DNA of 51,092 nucleotides, from positions 1 to 51,092 of the forward strand of contig QHUA01000141.1 in assembly GCA_003221805.1 (NCBI GenBank). Reading direction: 5' to 3'. The translations under genes were made by a program, and so were the position numbers. Shown one piece after another: positions 7,623 through 16,848 of this stretch; position 1 is the stretch's first letter; the number at the start of each line of letters is the position of its first letter. The DNA is from Gemmatimonadota bacterium. GTDB lineage: Bacteria > Gemmatimonadota > Gemmatimonadetes > Gemmatimonadales > Gemmatimonadaceae. Below the pieces are notes generated by a model. The model did not search any database. It was not told the DNA's origin and saw nothing but the letters and a program-made list of their open reading frames with translations.

Positions 7623-8763
7623 TCACGCCAATCCGCCGGCTACAAGTGCGCGTTCGCCGGGTGTTGCCTGTCTCGAGGAGCTGGATCCGTCCAGATCGAC
7701 TCCCTGTCGCGCAGCAGCGTATTTCAAACAACTCTGAATGAGCTCGTCGTAGCCGATTCCCGCCGCTCGTGCCGCTTTCGGCAGACACGAGTTATCCACC
7801 GGATCGGGAAGAATTCCCGGCAGCGGATTCACCTCCAGCACATTTGGCTTCCCACCAGCGTCGAGGCGGACATCGATTCTCGCCCAGTCTCTGCAGCCAA
7901 GCATGCGGAAAGCGTCGAGCGTAACTCGCTCAATAGACGCCCGAAGCTTACTCGTGATACGCGCCGGACACTGGAAAATATCGAGCGGATTCTCAGGACG
8001 ATCCCACACGAACTTCGCGTCGAAGCCGTAGATGGGGAGTGCTCCTTCCGGAAGCGCCTCGAAATTCATTCCGACGATTGGAAGCACCGTCGCTTCGTCA
8101 CCATTGCCAAGCACGGCGCAAGTGAACTCCTCGCCGGGCAGATACTCCTCGACTAGCACTGGCTGCCTGTAATGCTCGAGGAGAAGCTTCGCCTGCGCGA
8201 GGAGCTTGGATCGATCCCAACACAAATTCCTGTCAGTAATCCCCTTCGATGATCCTTCGTGTAAAGGCTTTACAAACAGAGGAAGCAGCAGGTCCGCAGT
8301 CCGTATCTGGAGATCCGTGAGATTCTCAACGACCGCAAACCGCGGAGTTGCAATTCCGTGGAAGCCCAGCGTCTCCTTCGCTCTCGCTTTATCGAGGCAG
8401 AGAGTAAGAGTGAAGAACGTGGGCTTCGCGGTTCACTCCGCGAAAGCCTTCGGCGATGTTGAAGACGATGTCCGGTCTCGTCTGGCGAAGCCGCTCCGGA
8501 AAATCCTCGGTGGCTTCGAGGCGGACGACCTTTCCGAGCTGAGAGAGCGCCGATTCAACGGCTGCGATCGTCGCCGGTGCGTCCCACTCCGCGAATTCAT
8601 CGCGGGCGATTAGCTGCGCGATAGAGAGTCCAAAGATTCTACTGGGAGGTTCATCATCGGGACGCGCAAGCTCCCCGTCTTCCTGACGGTCGCCCTCTCC
8701 CACTGGGCTGGCGAGCTCGGTTGGCTCGGGCTTCTGGTTGTAGGCGAGACCGATGAGAGTCAT
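7623..8763 (-). pseudogene. second Ddl-family ATP-grasp ligase, disrupted by an internal deletion plus frameshift
   Basis: ORF 8389-8763 gives the N-terminal domain, ending ...NIAEGFRGVNREAHV then LHSYSLPR*. A different frame, open from 8432, reads FFTLTLCLDKARAKETLGFHGIATPRF...LFVKPLHEGSSKGI... and runs into ORF 7623-8225. About 16-17 residues, including the GIP(F/Y)TGS segment present in the paralog at 6584-7597, are missing. Confidence 0.65.
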
Positions 8764-8804
8764 CTACCCCCTACAAAAATTTTCGCGCTCGATTCATCGG
8801 ACCG

Positions 8805-8833
8805 AGTATATAAACGTCGACGAAGTGGCGCAA
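8805..8833 (-). promoter_or_regulatory. candidate sigma70-type promoter of the ATP-grasp/kamA operon
   Basis: The minus strand reads TTGCGC-N17-TATACT (-35 at 8828-8833, -10 at 8805-8810), about 40 nt upstream of the start at 8763. It is preceded by A/T tracts that could act as an UP element. Confidence 0.35.
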
Positions 8834-8910
8834 TAATTATTCCGCGGTTCCGGAAAAAAAATTTTCGCCGAATTTTTTTTTTGGGAGCTCTCGGGAAAAA
8901 ATTTTCGGGA

Positions 8911-9660
8911 TCAGACCTTGTGGTAGACGATCCTCGCGGCCTCGCGACGATCCTCGGCCTGATAGATCTCGAAGTCCGAGAAGAAAGCGGGAGACTCTTT
9001 CTGGAGAAGCTTCAGCATCACCACCGCGCAGCGACGAATCTCGAGCTCGGCTCCTTCGCTCGATCGCAGCTCCAGCATCGTCCGCCACGCTCTCGCGTTG
9101 GCGGTCACCACGATTTTCGTCTCCGTGGAGTTGGGAAGAACGCCACGCGCCGCCTCGCGCGCCATTTTCCGGCGATGGACTTTATCTCCGACCCACCCGT
9201 AGCGCTCCATCAGGTGCTCGACCAGCCGGACGTAGCTTTTCTGAGCTTCGTCGATCTGACCTCGCCACTCTTTCTCCAGCGAATCGTCGCCGACGATCGC
9301 CGGCGGCACGACGAAATTGGCGTCAGACTCGTCGACGTACCTCTGACTCAGCTGACTATAAGCGAAGCCGGCTCGATGCCTGACTAACTCGTGGGTTAGC
9401 GATCGACTCACCCCTTCGAGAAGGAGTGAATAGTTGGCGTGCTCGAGGACGCTGCCGTGACCCTGCTTCTTGATGTTCTCGAGGTACTCGCGCGTCGCAC
9501 GGTTCGCCGGGTTCTTCTGGCTCATGTAACAGAGGCGGCCTGCAAATTCGGCTAGCTTCTCGCCGTCGGTGCTCTCTCCAAGCCAGCGGACCTGAAGATG
9601 ATCGGGCTCGACGAAAGTCGGGCGCGCGACGAGAGTTATGACTGGTTCGGTATAGTACAA
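8911..9660 (-). CDS. thyX: FAD-dependent thymidylate synthase
   Basis: ThyX signature HELVRHR...SQRY, plus ARGVLPNSTETKIVVTANARAWR. Confidence 0.9.
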   Translation of the reverse strand: MYYTEPVITLVARPTFVEPDHLQVRWLGESTDGEKLAEFAGRLCYMSQKNPANRATREYLENIKKQGHGSVLEHANYSLLLEGVSRSLTHELVRHRAGFAYSQLSQRYVDESDANFVVPPAIVGDDSLEKEWRGQIDEAQKSYVRLVEHLMERYGWVGDKVHRRKMAREAARGVLPNSTETKIVVTANARAWRTMLELRSSEGAELEIRRCAVVMLKLLQKESPAFFSDFEIYQAEDRREAARIVYHKV

Positions 9661-9766
9661 GGCGGATACTCTGGAGAGAAAAAAACTGAAGACTACCAGC
9701 CAGGTGCGTTGGGCGGAGCGGCTGGGGGCTGCGAGCCTCCCATCAGGCCCCGCGAGCGCGAGAAAG

Positions 9767-11401
9767 CTAAGAAGTTCCGCCGATCAGCGACAGCCGGAAC
9801 CGATCGTACGCTCGCTCATTGACGACATCGTCGAGCGCTGCTCTCGCTTTCTCCGGCAACGCCGGAAGCAATGGGTCGTATTTGATGTCGTTGATCGGCT
9901 TTTGGTCTTTGAGCGGAACCTTCACGCCAGGATTCAGAATGTTTCGCGGATCGAAGGCGTTCTTGATGAGGCCGAATGCCCTTATCGCGTCCTTGTGCCA
10001 GACGCGACTGAGTAAGGGAGTGCGGATCCTTCCGTCGCCGTGCTCTCCGGTGAGCGTTCCGCCAAGCCGGGCGGTGAGAGCGACGACATCGTCAAGCAGG
10101 CGATCAACCCGGTCGCGCCAATCGGCTTGAGTGACATCGACGAGCGGATTGACGTGGACGTGCGCGTCGCCGGCGTGTCCGAAAATCACGCCGCTCACCT
10201 CGCGCTCCGCAAGCGCCTGCCGGACTCCCTGGACGTAATCCGGAAGTTTCGCCAGCGGCACCGCGCCATCCTCGATGAACTGCATCGACGTCGAGTGCTC
10301 GAGGCCGGCGAGAATCGGGCTCGCGGCGTGACGTAGCTCCCAGATGTCGTGTTCCGCTTCGCTCGTCAGTGCGACGTCAACATCGGTCGCACCGGCCTGC
10401 CGGAATGCCCGGGCCAAATCCTGCGCAGCCGCAGCCGCCGAATCGACGCTGGAGGCTTCTACTTCCGCGAGCAGAACCGCGGCGGCGCCTTGCGTCAGTT
10501 TGAATTTCGAGCCGGCCGGCTGCCCGCTCGCTGCATACGCCAGAAAAGTCTTGTCGAGGAGCTCACACGCGCTCGCTCCGGCTTCGACTGCTTTCGTCGC
10601 CGCCACGGTTGCCTGCTCGAGTGAGGCAAAGATTCCGAGTAGACTGCTCGTCGCGGCGGGTACGGGCTCCAGCTTGAGCTGAATGCCGACGATTATCGCC
10701 AGCGTTCCTTCGCTTCCGACCAGCAAATCGACGAGATCAGCCTTGGTGGCGTAGTCGTGAACCGCGTAGCCGGAGGATTCCTTGCGGACTCCGAGATGCA
10801 TGATCGGCCGACGCTTGTCGCTGGACACGATCTCGCCGTGGACATCGCGCATGAATCGATTGATTGCCTCTATCCGCTTTGGGGGCGGCTCTCCACGCGT
10901 GATCACCGCGCGATCACCATCGCTGAAGACGCAGTCGAGCGCGTAAACCCAGGCGCGCGTCGATCCATAACGGAGTGAGTGAGCGCCGGCCGCATTGGTC
11001 GCGACCATTCCGCCGAGCGTACAAAATTTTCCGCTCGACGGATCTACTGGAAAGCGAAGTCCCTTTCTGCGTGCAGCCACATCGAGGGTCGACCAAAGAA
11101 CTCCCGGCTCGGCCCAGACCGTCCGATCACGCTCGTCGATTCTGCCAAGATGATTGATGCGTGACAGATCGGCCACGACTCCTGATCCGACCGCTGCACC
11201 GGACATGCTGCTGCCCGAGCCGCGCGGAATGAGCGCGCTCCCCGATTCGGCGGCCCACTTCACCAAGACGACGACATCTTCTGCATCGACCGGTACTGCG
11301 ACGGCCGAAGGAATCGCACGGGCGATCCCGGCCGCCTCAGAGTAAACCGCGCGGGCCAGCTCGTCTTCGCGAAAGTAGCCGCGGAATCCGGAAACGCTCA
11401 C
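9767..11401 (-). CDS. FAD-linked oxidase (GlcD/D-lactate dehydrogenase family)
   Basis: FAD_binding_4-type PRGSGSSMSGAAVG. C-terminal GGTLTGEHGDGRIR and FDPRNILNPG. The start overlaps the hbd stop (ATGA-type, 11398-11401). Confidence 0.85.
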   Translation of the reverse strand: MSVSGFRGYFREDELARAVYSEAAGIARAIPSAVAVPVDAEDVVVLVKWAAESGSALIPRGSGSSMSGAAVGSGVVADLSRINHLGRIDERDRTVWAEPGVLWSTLDVAARRKGLRFPVDPSSGKFCTLGGMVATNAAGAHSLRYGSTRAWVYALDCVFSDGDRAVITRGEPPPKRIEAINRFMRDVHGEIVSSDKRRPIMHLGVRKESSGYAVHDYATKADLVDLLVGSEGTLAIIVGIQLKLEPVPAATSSLLGIFASLEQATVAATKAVEAGASACELLDKTFLAYAASGQPAGSKFKLTQGAAAVLLAEVEASSVDSAAAAAQDLARAFRQAGATDVDVALTSEAEHDIWELRHAASPILAGLEHSTSMQFIEDGAVPLAKLPDYVQGVRQALAEREVSGVIFGHAGDAHVHVNPLVDVTQADWRDRVDRLLDDVVALTARLGGTLTGEHGDGRIRTPLLSRVWHKDAIRAFGLIKNAFDPRNILNPGVKVPLKDQKPINDIKYDPLLPALPEKARAALDDVVNERAYDRFRLSLIGGTS

Positions 11402-12285
11402 AGTCCGAGGTTGCTGACCCGGGGTGGGTTGGAAGAGTAGTCGTAAAACCCTTTCCCGGACTTCTTGCCGAGCATGCCTGCCAGCACCATCCGCCGCAGC
11501 AGCGGAGGCGGCGCGTAGCGGCTCTCTCTGTACTCCGTAAACATGATCTCCGCGATCTTATAAACGGTATCGAGGCCGACGAAGTCGATAAGCGTGAACG
11601 GCCCCATGGGATGGCCTGCGCCCAGCTGCATCCCCTTATCGATGTCCTCGACGGAGCCGACGTTCGACTCCAGCGCTTTGATCGCGTCGATCATGTAAGG
11701 AACCAGCAGCAGGTTCACAATGAAGCCAGAGCTGTCTTTGGCGCGAATCGGCTCCTTACCGAGGGCGCGCACGAAATCCATCGCGCGCTGTTCGGTCTCA
11801 TCGCTGGTGGTGATGGTCCGCACGACCTCGACGAGCTTCATCAGCGGTACCGGGTTGAAGAAGTGGAGGCCGAGCATTCGATCGGGTCGTCCGCTGGCTG
11901 CCGCCATGGCAATGATCGTCAGACTCGACGTGTTGGACGCGAAGATCGCTTCCGGTCGCGCGATTTTGTCCAACTGGGACCAGAGTGTGTTCTTAACCTC
12001 CAGATCTTCGACGACTGCCTCGATGAACAGATCCGAATCGGCGAGGTCTTTCAAGTCGGTCACGAAGCGGAGGTTGGCGAGAGCCTTATCGCGCTCGCCT
12101 TCGCTCACCTTACCGCGCTCGATTCCTTTGGCGAGGGTTTTCTCGATCGACTGTCGACTTTTGGCGCACAGCGCTTCCGAGATCTCGCGGACCGTCGTTG
12201 GAAAACCAGCGGCGGCCGAGACCTGAGCGATGCCGCTGCCCATCAATCCTCCACCGAGGACGCCGACCTTTTCGATCTTTTTCAT
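11398..12285 (-). CDS. hbd: 3-hydroxybutyryl-CoA / 3-hydroxyacyl-CoA dehydrogenase
   Basis: VGVLGGGLMGSGIAQV Rossmann motif, FASNTSSL, GLHFFNPVPLMKLVEV, GFIVNLLLVPY. Confidence 0.9.
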   Translation of the reverse strand: MKKIEKVGVLGGGLMGSGIAQVSAAAGFPTTVREISEALCAKSRQSIEKTLAKGIERGKVSEGERDKALANLRFVTDLKDLADSDLFIEAVVEDLEVKNTLWSQLDKIARPEAIFASNTSSLTIIAMAAASGRPDRMLGLHFFNPVPLMKLVEVVRTITTSDETEQRAMDFVRALGKEPIRAKDSSGFIVNLLLVPYMIDAIKALESNVGSVEDIDKGMQLGAGHPMGPFTLIDFVGLDTVYKIAEIMFTEYRESRYAPPPLLRRMVLAGMLGKKSGKGFYDYSSNPPRVSNLGL

Positions 12286-12315
12286 CGAAGGCTCAAGGAG
12301 CGATTTCGGTCTAAT

Positions 12316-13176
12316 CTATCCTCGCGGCAACCGCGCTCGCGAAGCAAGCGCGCCGAGCAGCCCGGCGGACCGCTCGAACTCGCCGTGCTCCAGTCGATCG
12401 AGAATCTGCTCGAGCGCGAGCTGGACGCTGGAAAGGACCCCGCGGTGTGTGCGCGCCACCTTATAACCGGCGAACGTGCTGCCCGCAAAAGGGAGGACCG
12501 CCGCGCCGGCGGCGATGAACAGCGGCAGGTGGGCGATGACCAACCCGAGGCCGACAATTCCGCTGGCGGCGGCTCCCATTGCGGTTACAAATCCTCCGAT
12601 CCCGACGCGACGCGCCCTGCTGGCGTGAATGTCGGCGTCGAGTCTCACTACGACGCGGGAAGCATCGACCGCGAGCACCGTTGCTGATACCTGTCCCGCA
12701 TCCATCAAATAATAGCCGTGCCCGCTGACGTTGACCGTGCGGCGCAGCTTTCCGAAGAGTCCGCGCTGGGGTTCCCAGGTGATTCTGTCAGCGAAGCGTC
12801 GCTGCACCTGAAGACATTCGTCGCGTTGCATCCAGGAGTCGATGGTGGCGAGAATGTCGCGCGGCGTCCCGGGAACCGTTCTGGTGGCACTCGCGAATCC
12901 GGCACCGGCGATTTGCGCCACCAGGCCCCGCTCCTCCGGAACGTTGATGCGCGTTCTCTCTTCCGCCAACGCCTGATTCAGAACAGCGGGCGCCAAACCA
13001 ACTTCATTTCCGATCTCGAGAAGCTGGCTCTCGGTGATCAGGTCGCCCGATTCGGGCATCGCGCTCGCGCCCTGCAGCTCCGCGGCCCGGGCAAGTACGC
13101 GCTCGAGCGCCTGTCGATCCAAAGGCGGCTGCCGCATCGGAGAAGACGCGGGCAGCGAAGAGTTCTCATCAGCCAT
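12316..13176 (-). CDS. hypothetical membrane protein
   Basis: Long ORF with GC-rich third positions. Two hydrophobic segments near the C-terminus (GIGGFVTAMGAAASGIVGLGLVIAHLPLFIAAGAAVLPFAG). No family recognised. Confidence 0.6.
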   Translation of the reverse strand: MADENSSLPASSPMRQPPLDRQALERVLARAAELQGASAMPESGDLITESQLLEIGNEVGLAPAVLNQALAEERTRINVPEERGLVAQIAGAGFASATRTVPGTPRDILATIDSWMQRDECLQVQRRFADRITWEPQRGLFGKLRRTVNVSGHGYYLMDAGQVSATVLAVDASRVVVRLDADIHASRARRVGIGGFVTAMGAAASGIVGLGLVIAHLPLFIAAGAAVLPFAGSTFAGYKVARTHRGVLSSVQLALEQILDRLEHGEFERSAGLLGALASRARLPRG

Positions 13177-13191
13177 GCAGAATTATATCTG

Positions 13192-14310
13192 CTAAATCCC
13201 TCCCAGTACGACGTCCAGCTGGCGGGCAATGGCATCGCGAATGGTGTCGGGAATCGCAAACGTGGATGTGAACGTCGTCTGAAGGTTGGACCCAACCGGC
13301 CTGTTTACTGAGCGCAGGTAGTATCGCATGTACCCGTCGAGAATCTCCGGCGATGTGCGTTGAATCAGCAACGCCCCGCCTCTGACCGCCGCCGAGCTCT
13401 GATAACGCTCGCCGAGTCCGGAGCGGCGTTGCTCAGGAGTGATGTTGTCGGTGACAGCGGTGCTGGCGAGCTGACTGATCGCTTCGTGCGCGATCACGTA
13501 GATCGCTTCAATCGCATCGTTTGGCCGGTCGGGGAATGTTACCGTGATCGTATTCGATCGAGTGCCGTTCGTTTGAGTTCTGCCCTCGCCGTCCAGCGGC
13601 AGCGACAGGAGGATGTCACCCTGTGCCTGCTGTGTGTTGCTGAAGAAGCGTTGCATACGTGGACGATAGGTCCGCTGCCACAGAGTGTCGGCAAGCTCGA
13701 GGACGTTACCGCGCTCACGCTGCTGCTGCTGCCAATAGGAGTGGTAAAAACGGTTGCTCTCGTCGGTCAGCGATTGGACGAATAGGCGAAGCCAATCACG
13801 GTCGGGACCGGTCTGGAAGTAAGCGGCGAGGAACGCGATCGCGTTGGCCTGCTGCTGCGACGACGCCGCGCGCGGGTCACCGTTGGACCGAATGAAAAGA
13901 TCGACTGTCTGAGCGAGCTCGCTCCATGAGGAGAAGTTGAGCGGAACGAACTGCGCATTTATCAACTGCGGATTGACGGCCAGACGCGCGCGCAGCCTGT
14001 CGCGATTGGCGTCGAGCTGGGTTACGACGTTAGCTCTGTTCTTGAGAACGGTCATGTCCGTGCCGTAACCACGCTTGAAGAAAGGAACGAAGGTGGTGTC
14101 TTCCTGGAGCATGGCGAAGCCGTGCAGCCACAGGTCGACGTGCTCGCGGACCTTGATCGGCCAGATTACATCGGGCCGGCCGACGTTCTGGTTCGTCGGG
14201 GTTCCGCCGCCATTCGTTACTGTCCCCCCGGGCCCGCCGCCCACAGTTGCGCATGCCGCCAGCAACGCGGCGGCCGACGCCGCGGCGAGGGCTCTTAGTT
14301 GTCGGTTCAT
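13192..14310 (-). CDS. hypothetical lipoprotein
   Basis: MNRQLRALAAASAAALLAAC: signal peptide with a lipobox (LAAC). No family recognised. Confidence 0.65.
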   Translation of the reverse strand: MNRQLRALAAASAAALLAACATVGGGPGGTVTNGGGTPTNQNVGRPDVIWPIKVREHVDLWLHGFAMLQEDTTFVPFFKRGYGTDMTVLKNRANVVTQLDANRDRLRARLAVNPQLINAQFVPLNFSSWSELAQTVDLFIRSNGDPRAASSQQQANAIAFLAAYFQTGPDRDWLRLFVQSLTDESNRFYHSYWQQQQRERGNVLELADTLWQRTYRPRMQRFFSNTQQAQGDILLSLPLDGEGRTQTNGTRSNTITVTFPDRPNDAIEAIYVIAHEAISQLASTAVTDNITPEQRRSGLGERYQSSAAVRGGALLIQRTSPEILDGYMRYYLRSVNRPVGSNLQTTFTSTFAIPDTIRDAIARQLDVVLGGI

Positions 14311-14340
14311 ATTTTCCTCGATCGCTGCGGCGAGCGCAGT

Positions 14341-15549
14341 CTAATGAATGGATTCGACGACCACCGCGATCCCCTGACCACCGCCGATACATGCGGTGCC
14401 CAGCCCGTATCGCTTTCCTTGGGCGCGTAAGGCATGCAGTAGATGGGCCGTTATCCGCGCGCCGGATGCGGCGAGCGGATGGCTCAGCGCAATCGCTCCG
14501 CCGTGGACGTTCAGCCGCTCGCGCGGGAGCGAAAGCTCGCGCTCGACGGCGCAGGTCTGGGCGGCGAAAGCTTCGTTTACCTCGATCAGTTCCATGTCCT
14601 TCATGGACAAGCCCGCTTTGGCGAGCGCAGCCTTTGACGCCGGAACCGGTCCGATTCCCATCACCGACGGATCGACGCCCGCCACTCCCCACGATATCAA
14701 CCGTCCGAGCGGCTTGAGCTTGCGATCGCGCGCGACTTTTTCGCTGGCAATGACCATCGCCGCCGCGCCATCGCCAATGCCGGACGCATTGCCGGCTGTC
14801 ACCACACCGCCTTTCCGAAATACCGGTTTGAGTGCAGCCAATCGTTCGGCGGTCGTGTCGGGCCGCATGTGTTCGTCCCGCGCGAGCTCCTCTGGCTTTC
14901 CGGTTTTGGGATTGGTGAGCGGCACCGGAACGACTTCGTCGTCAAACACTCCTTCTTCCCACGCCGCATTGGAGAGCTGCTGCGATCTCAGTGCGAACTC
15001 GTCGACGCAGCCGCGATCGAGCTTGTATCGCTCAGCGAGATTCTCCGCGGTCTCCGCCATGCCGAGTCCAACGAATGAATCGGTGAGACCCTCCCACAAA
15101 ACGTCTTCCATCACCGGCGCCTTGCCGAGCGGGGTTCCCCAGCGGAGACCGCGGGTTACGTGAGGCGCCTGCGACATCGACTCGGCGCCGCCGACGAGGC
15201 AGAACTGCGCGTCGCCGAAGAGGATTTCCTGCGCGCCGCTGACGACAGCCTGGAAACCGGATCCACAGAGGCGATTGAGAGTCAGCGCCGAAGTTTCCTG
15301 TCGCGCGCCTGATTTCAGCGCGACATGGCGCGCGAAATAAATCGAATCGCTGGTGGTGTAGAGAACGTTGCCGAAGATGGTCTGATCGATGTCATCGGGG
15401 GTGATGCCGGCGCGATCGATCGCGTTTTTGGATGCGAGAACGGCAAGATCGACGGGGGACGTGTCCTTGAGCTTGCCGCCGAAGGTGCCGAACGGGGTGC
15501 GGACGGCGGAAAGGAAGACTACGCCGGGAGAGCTGGACGGTACTGGCAT
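14341..15549 (-). CDS. acetyl-CoA acetyltransferase (thiolase II)
   Basis: NRLCGSGFQAV (active Cys), GNASGIGDGAAAMV, NVHGGAIALSHPLAASG, CIGGGQGIAVVVE. The start is taken at the ATG at 15549 (MPVPSS...). The listed ORF begins 13 codons earlier, so the start is uncertain. Confidence 0.9.
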   Translation of the reverse strand: MPVPSSSPGVVFLSAVRTPFGTFGGKLKDTSPVDLAVLASKNAIDRAGITPDDIDQTIFGNVLYTTSDSIYFARHVALKSGARQETSALTLNRLCGSGFQAVVSGAQEILFGDAQFCLVGGAESMSQAPHVTRGLRWGTPLGKAPVMEDVLWEGLTDSFVGLGMAETAENLAERYKLDRGCVDEFALRSQQLSNAAWEEGVFDDEVVPVPLTNPKTGKPEELARDEHMRPDTTAERLAALKPVFRKGGVVTAGNASGIGDGAAAMVIASEKVARDRKLKPLGRLISWGVAGVDPSVMGIGPVPASKAALAKAGLSMKDMELIEVNEAFAAQTCAVERELSLPRERLNVHGGAIALSHPLAASGARITAHLLHALRAQGKRYGLGTACIGGGQGIAVVVESIH

Positions 15550-15628
15550 TTTATTAAAGGTAGTGAGCGGTCGGGGGTAACTGAACACTGCCAGCAGTCA
15601 GCGAGGAGTGTCGTTCCCAGTTCGCAGT

Positions 15629-16231
15629 TTACGCCCTCTTCCCGCAATTGATGCAAAACTTCCAGACTGGATCGAGCTCGGCGCCGCACCCCGCGCAGTG
15701 CTTCGCCGCAAGGTTCTGTCCGCAGTGCGGGCAGAATGTGACGGCGCGGCCTTCGGGAAGAGTCCCGCCGCAGAACTTGCACCCCTCGGCGACTTCCATC
15801 GTGCCGGGAAGGGTAAACGACGTTCCCGCCTGGCCGGGTGCGCCGCCGTTGCCGTTTCCGGCGAATCCGCCTGCATTCTGGGATGGGATCGCGACGCCGA
15901 GTTTCTGCAGCGCGTCGGGGGCGAGAGAGATTCTCGTTTCGGCGTAATCACGGAACGCTCCGACATCGGCGTGGGGCGATTCGATTTCCTTTTTGAGCCG
16001 ATCCTGCATCGCCTTGTCGGCGCGGACGTATCCCTTCTCTCCGGAAAGCAGGCGAGTCACCGCCGCTTCGTAATCCTGATTGGTCTCGATGCCGAGGTCG
16101 CGGCGATAGTGACGGTAGGGGACCAGCGTATCGTACAACTCCTGGACAGTGAACGGCACGCTGAGATACTCGGCGTGGCCGTTTCTGATATTGTGCACCA
16201 GTCGTTGGAAGAGTCTGTCTAGGTCGTCCAT
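15629..16231 (-). CDS. double zinc-ribbon domain protein
   Basis: The C-terminus CKFCGGTLPEGRAVTFCPHCGQNLAAKHCAGCGAELDPVWKFCINCG has four CxxC pairs. The start is taken at MDDLDRLF (ATG at 16231), which overlaps the rnhA stop by 13 nt. Confidence 0.65.
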   Translation of the reverse strand: MDDLDRLFQRLVHNIRNGHAEYLSVPFTVQELYDTLVPYRHYRRDLGIETNQDYEAAVTRLLSGEKGYVRADKAMQDRLKKEIESPHADVGAFRDYAETRISLAPDALQKLGVAIPSQNAGGFAGNGNGGAPGQAGTSFTLPGTMEVAEGCKFCGGTLPEGRAVTFCPHCGQNLAAKHCAGCGAELDPVWKFCINCGKRA

Positions 16232-16848
16232 GTCCGCTTGGTCGGCCGGAATGAATGAAGATCGGGGAAGGGAGCCGTCGGTTTCAAGGGAGCAACTCCC
16301 GCATTGGTCTCCTCGAGCCACGCATCAAACGATGATTGCCGTAACCCCCCGGAATTCGATTGTTCCGTTGCCGCGCGTGTCGCAAGGAAGTTGGCATACT
16401 CGTTTTGCGGATGGCCGGCGTGGCCACGCACCCACCGCCACTGCACTTCGTGGGTTCCCACCGCCGCATCGGCTTCCTTCCAGAGCTCCACGTTCTCGAG
16501 CTTTCCACTCTTTCTCTTCCAATCGCGCTTCTTCCAATCCGGCACCCACGAATTCATCCCTTCGACGATGTACTTCGAATCGCTGGTGAACAAGACTTTA
16601 TATGTATTGCCTCGGCGGGAGATCTCCCGAAACGCCTCAATGACGGAACGGAGAGCCATGCGATTGTTGGTCGTCGCCGGCTCGGAGATCCAGTAATCGT
16701 AGCGGGTCACTTCGTTGGACCTGGGATGAAGCCACTCGATCATGCCGCCCGCGCCGCCGGGATTTTCTCCCTCACGGCCGTTGCCAAGGCAGGATTCGTC
16801 GGCGTAGATGGCGACGAGGTCGCCCGCTTTTGCCTTCCCGCGAGTCAA
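16219..16848 (-). CDS. rnhA: ribonuclease HI with a C-terminal extension of about 50 aa
   Basis: VAIYADESCLGN, TNNRMALRSVIEA, FTSDSKYIV, WRWVRGHAGHPQNEYANFLA align with E. coli RNase HI blocks. Confidence 0.85.
   Translation of the reverse strand: MTRGKAKAGDLVAIYADESCLGNGREGENPGGAGGMIEWLHPRSNEVTRYDYWISEPATTNNRMALRSVIEAFREISRRGNTYKVLFTSDSKYIVEGMNSWVPDWKKRDWKRKSGKLENVELWKEADAAVGTHEVQWRWVRGHAGHPQNEYANFLATRAATEQSNSGGLRQSSFDAWLEETNAGVAPLKPTAPFPDLHSFRPTKRTWTT

Noticed and set aside
11611-12687. 358-aa ORF on the + strand
   Set aside because: It is antisense to the well-supported hbd gene and the following membrane-protein gene. The product is Arg/Asp-rich with no motifs. Such shadow ORFs are typical of GC-rich genomes.
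14030-14692. 220-aa (-) and 156-aa (+) Arg-rich ORFs over the thiolase/lipoprotein junction
   Set aside because: They are out of frame or antisense to genes with clear motifs or signal peptides. The extreme Arg/Pro/Ser composition is typical of non-coding frames at high GC.
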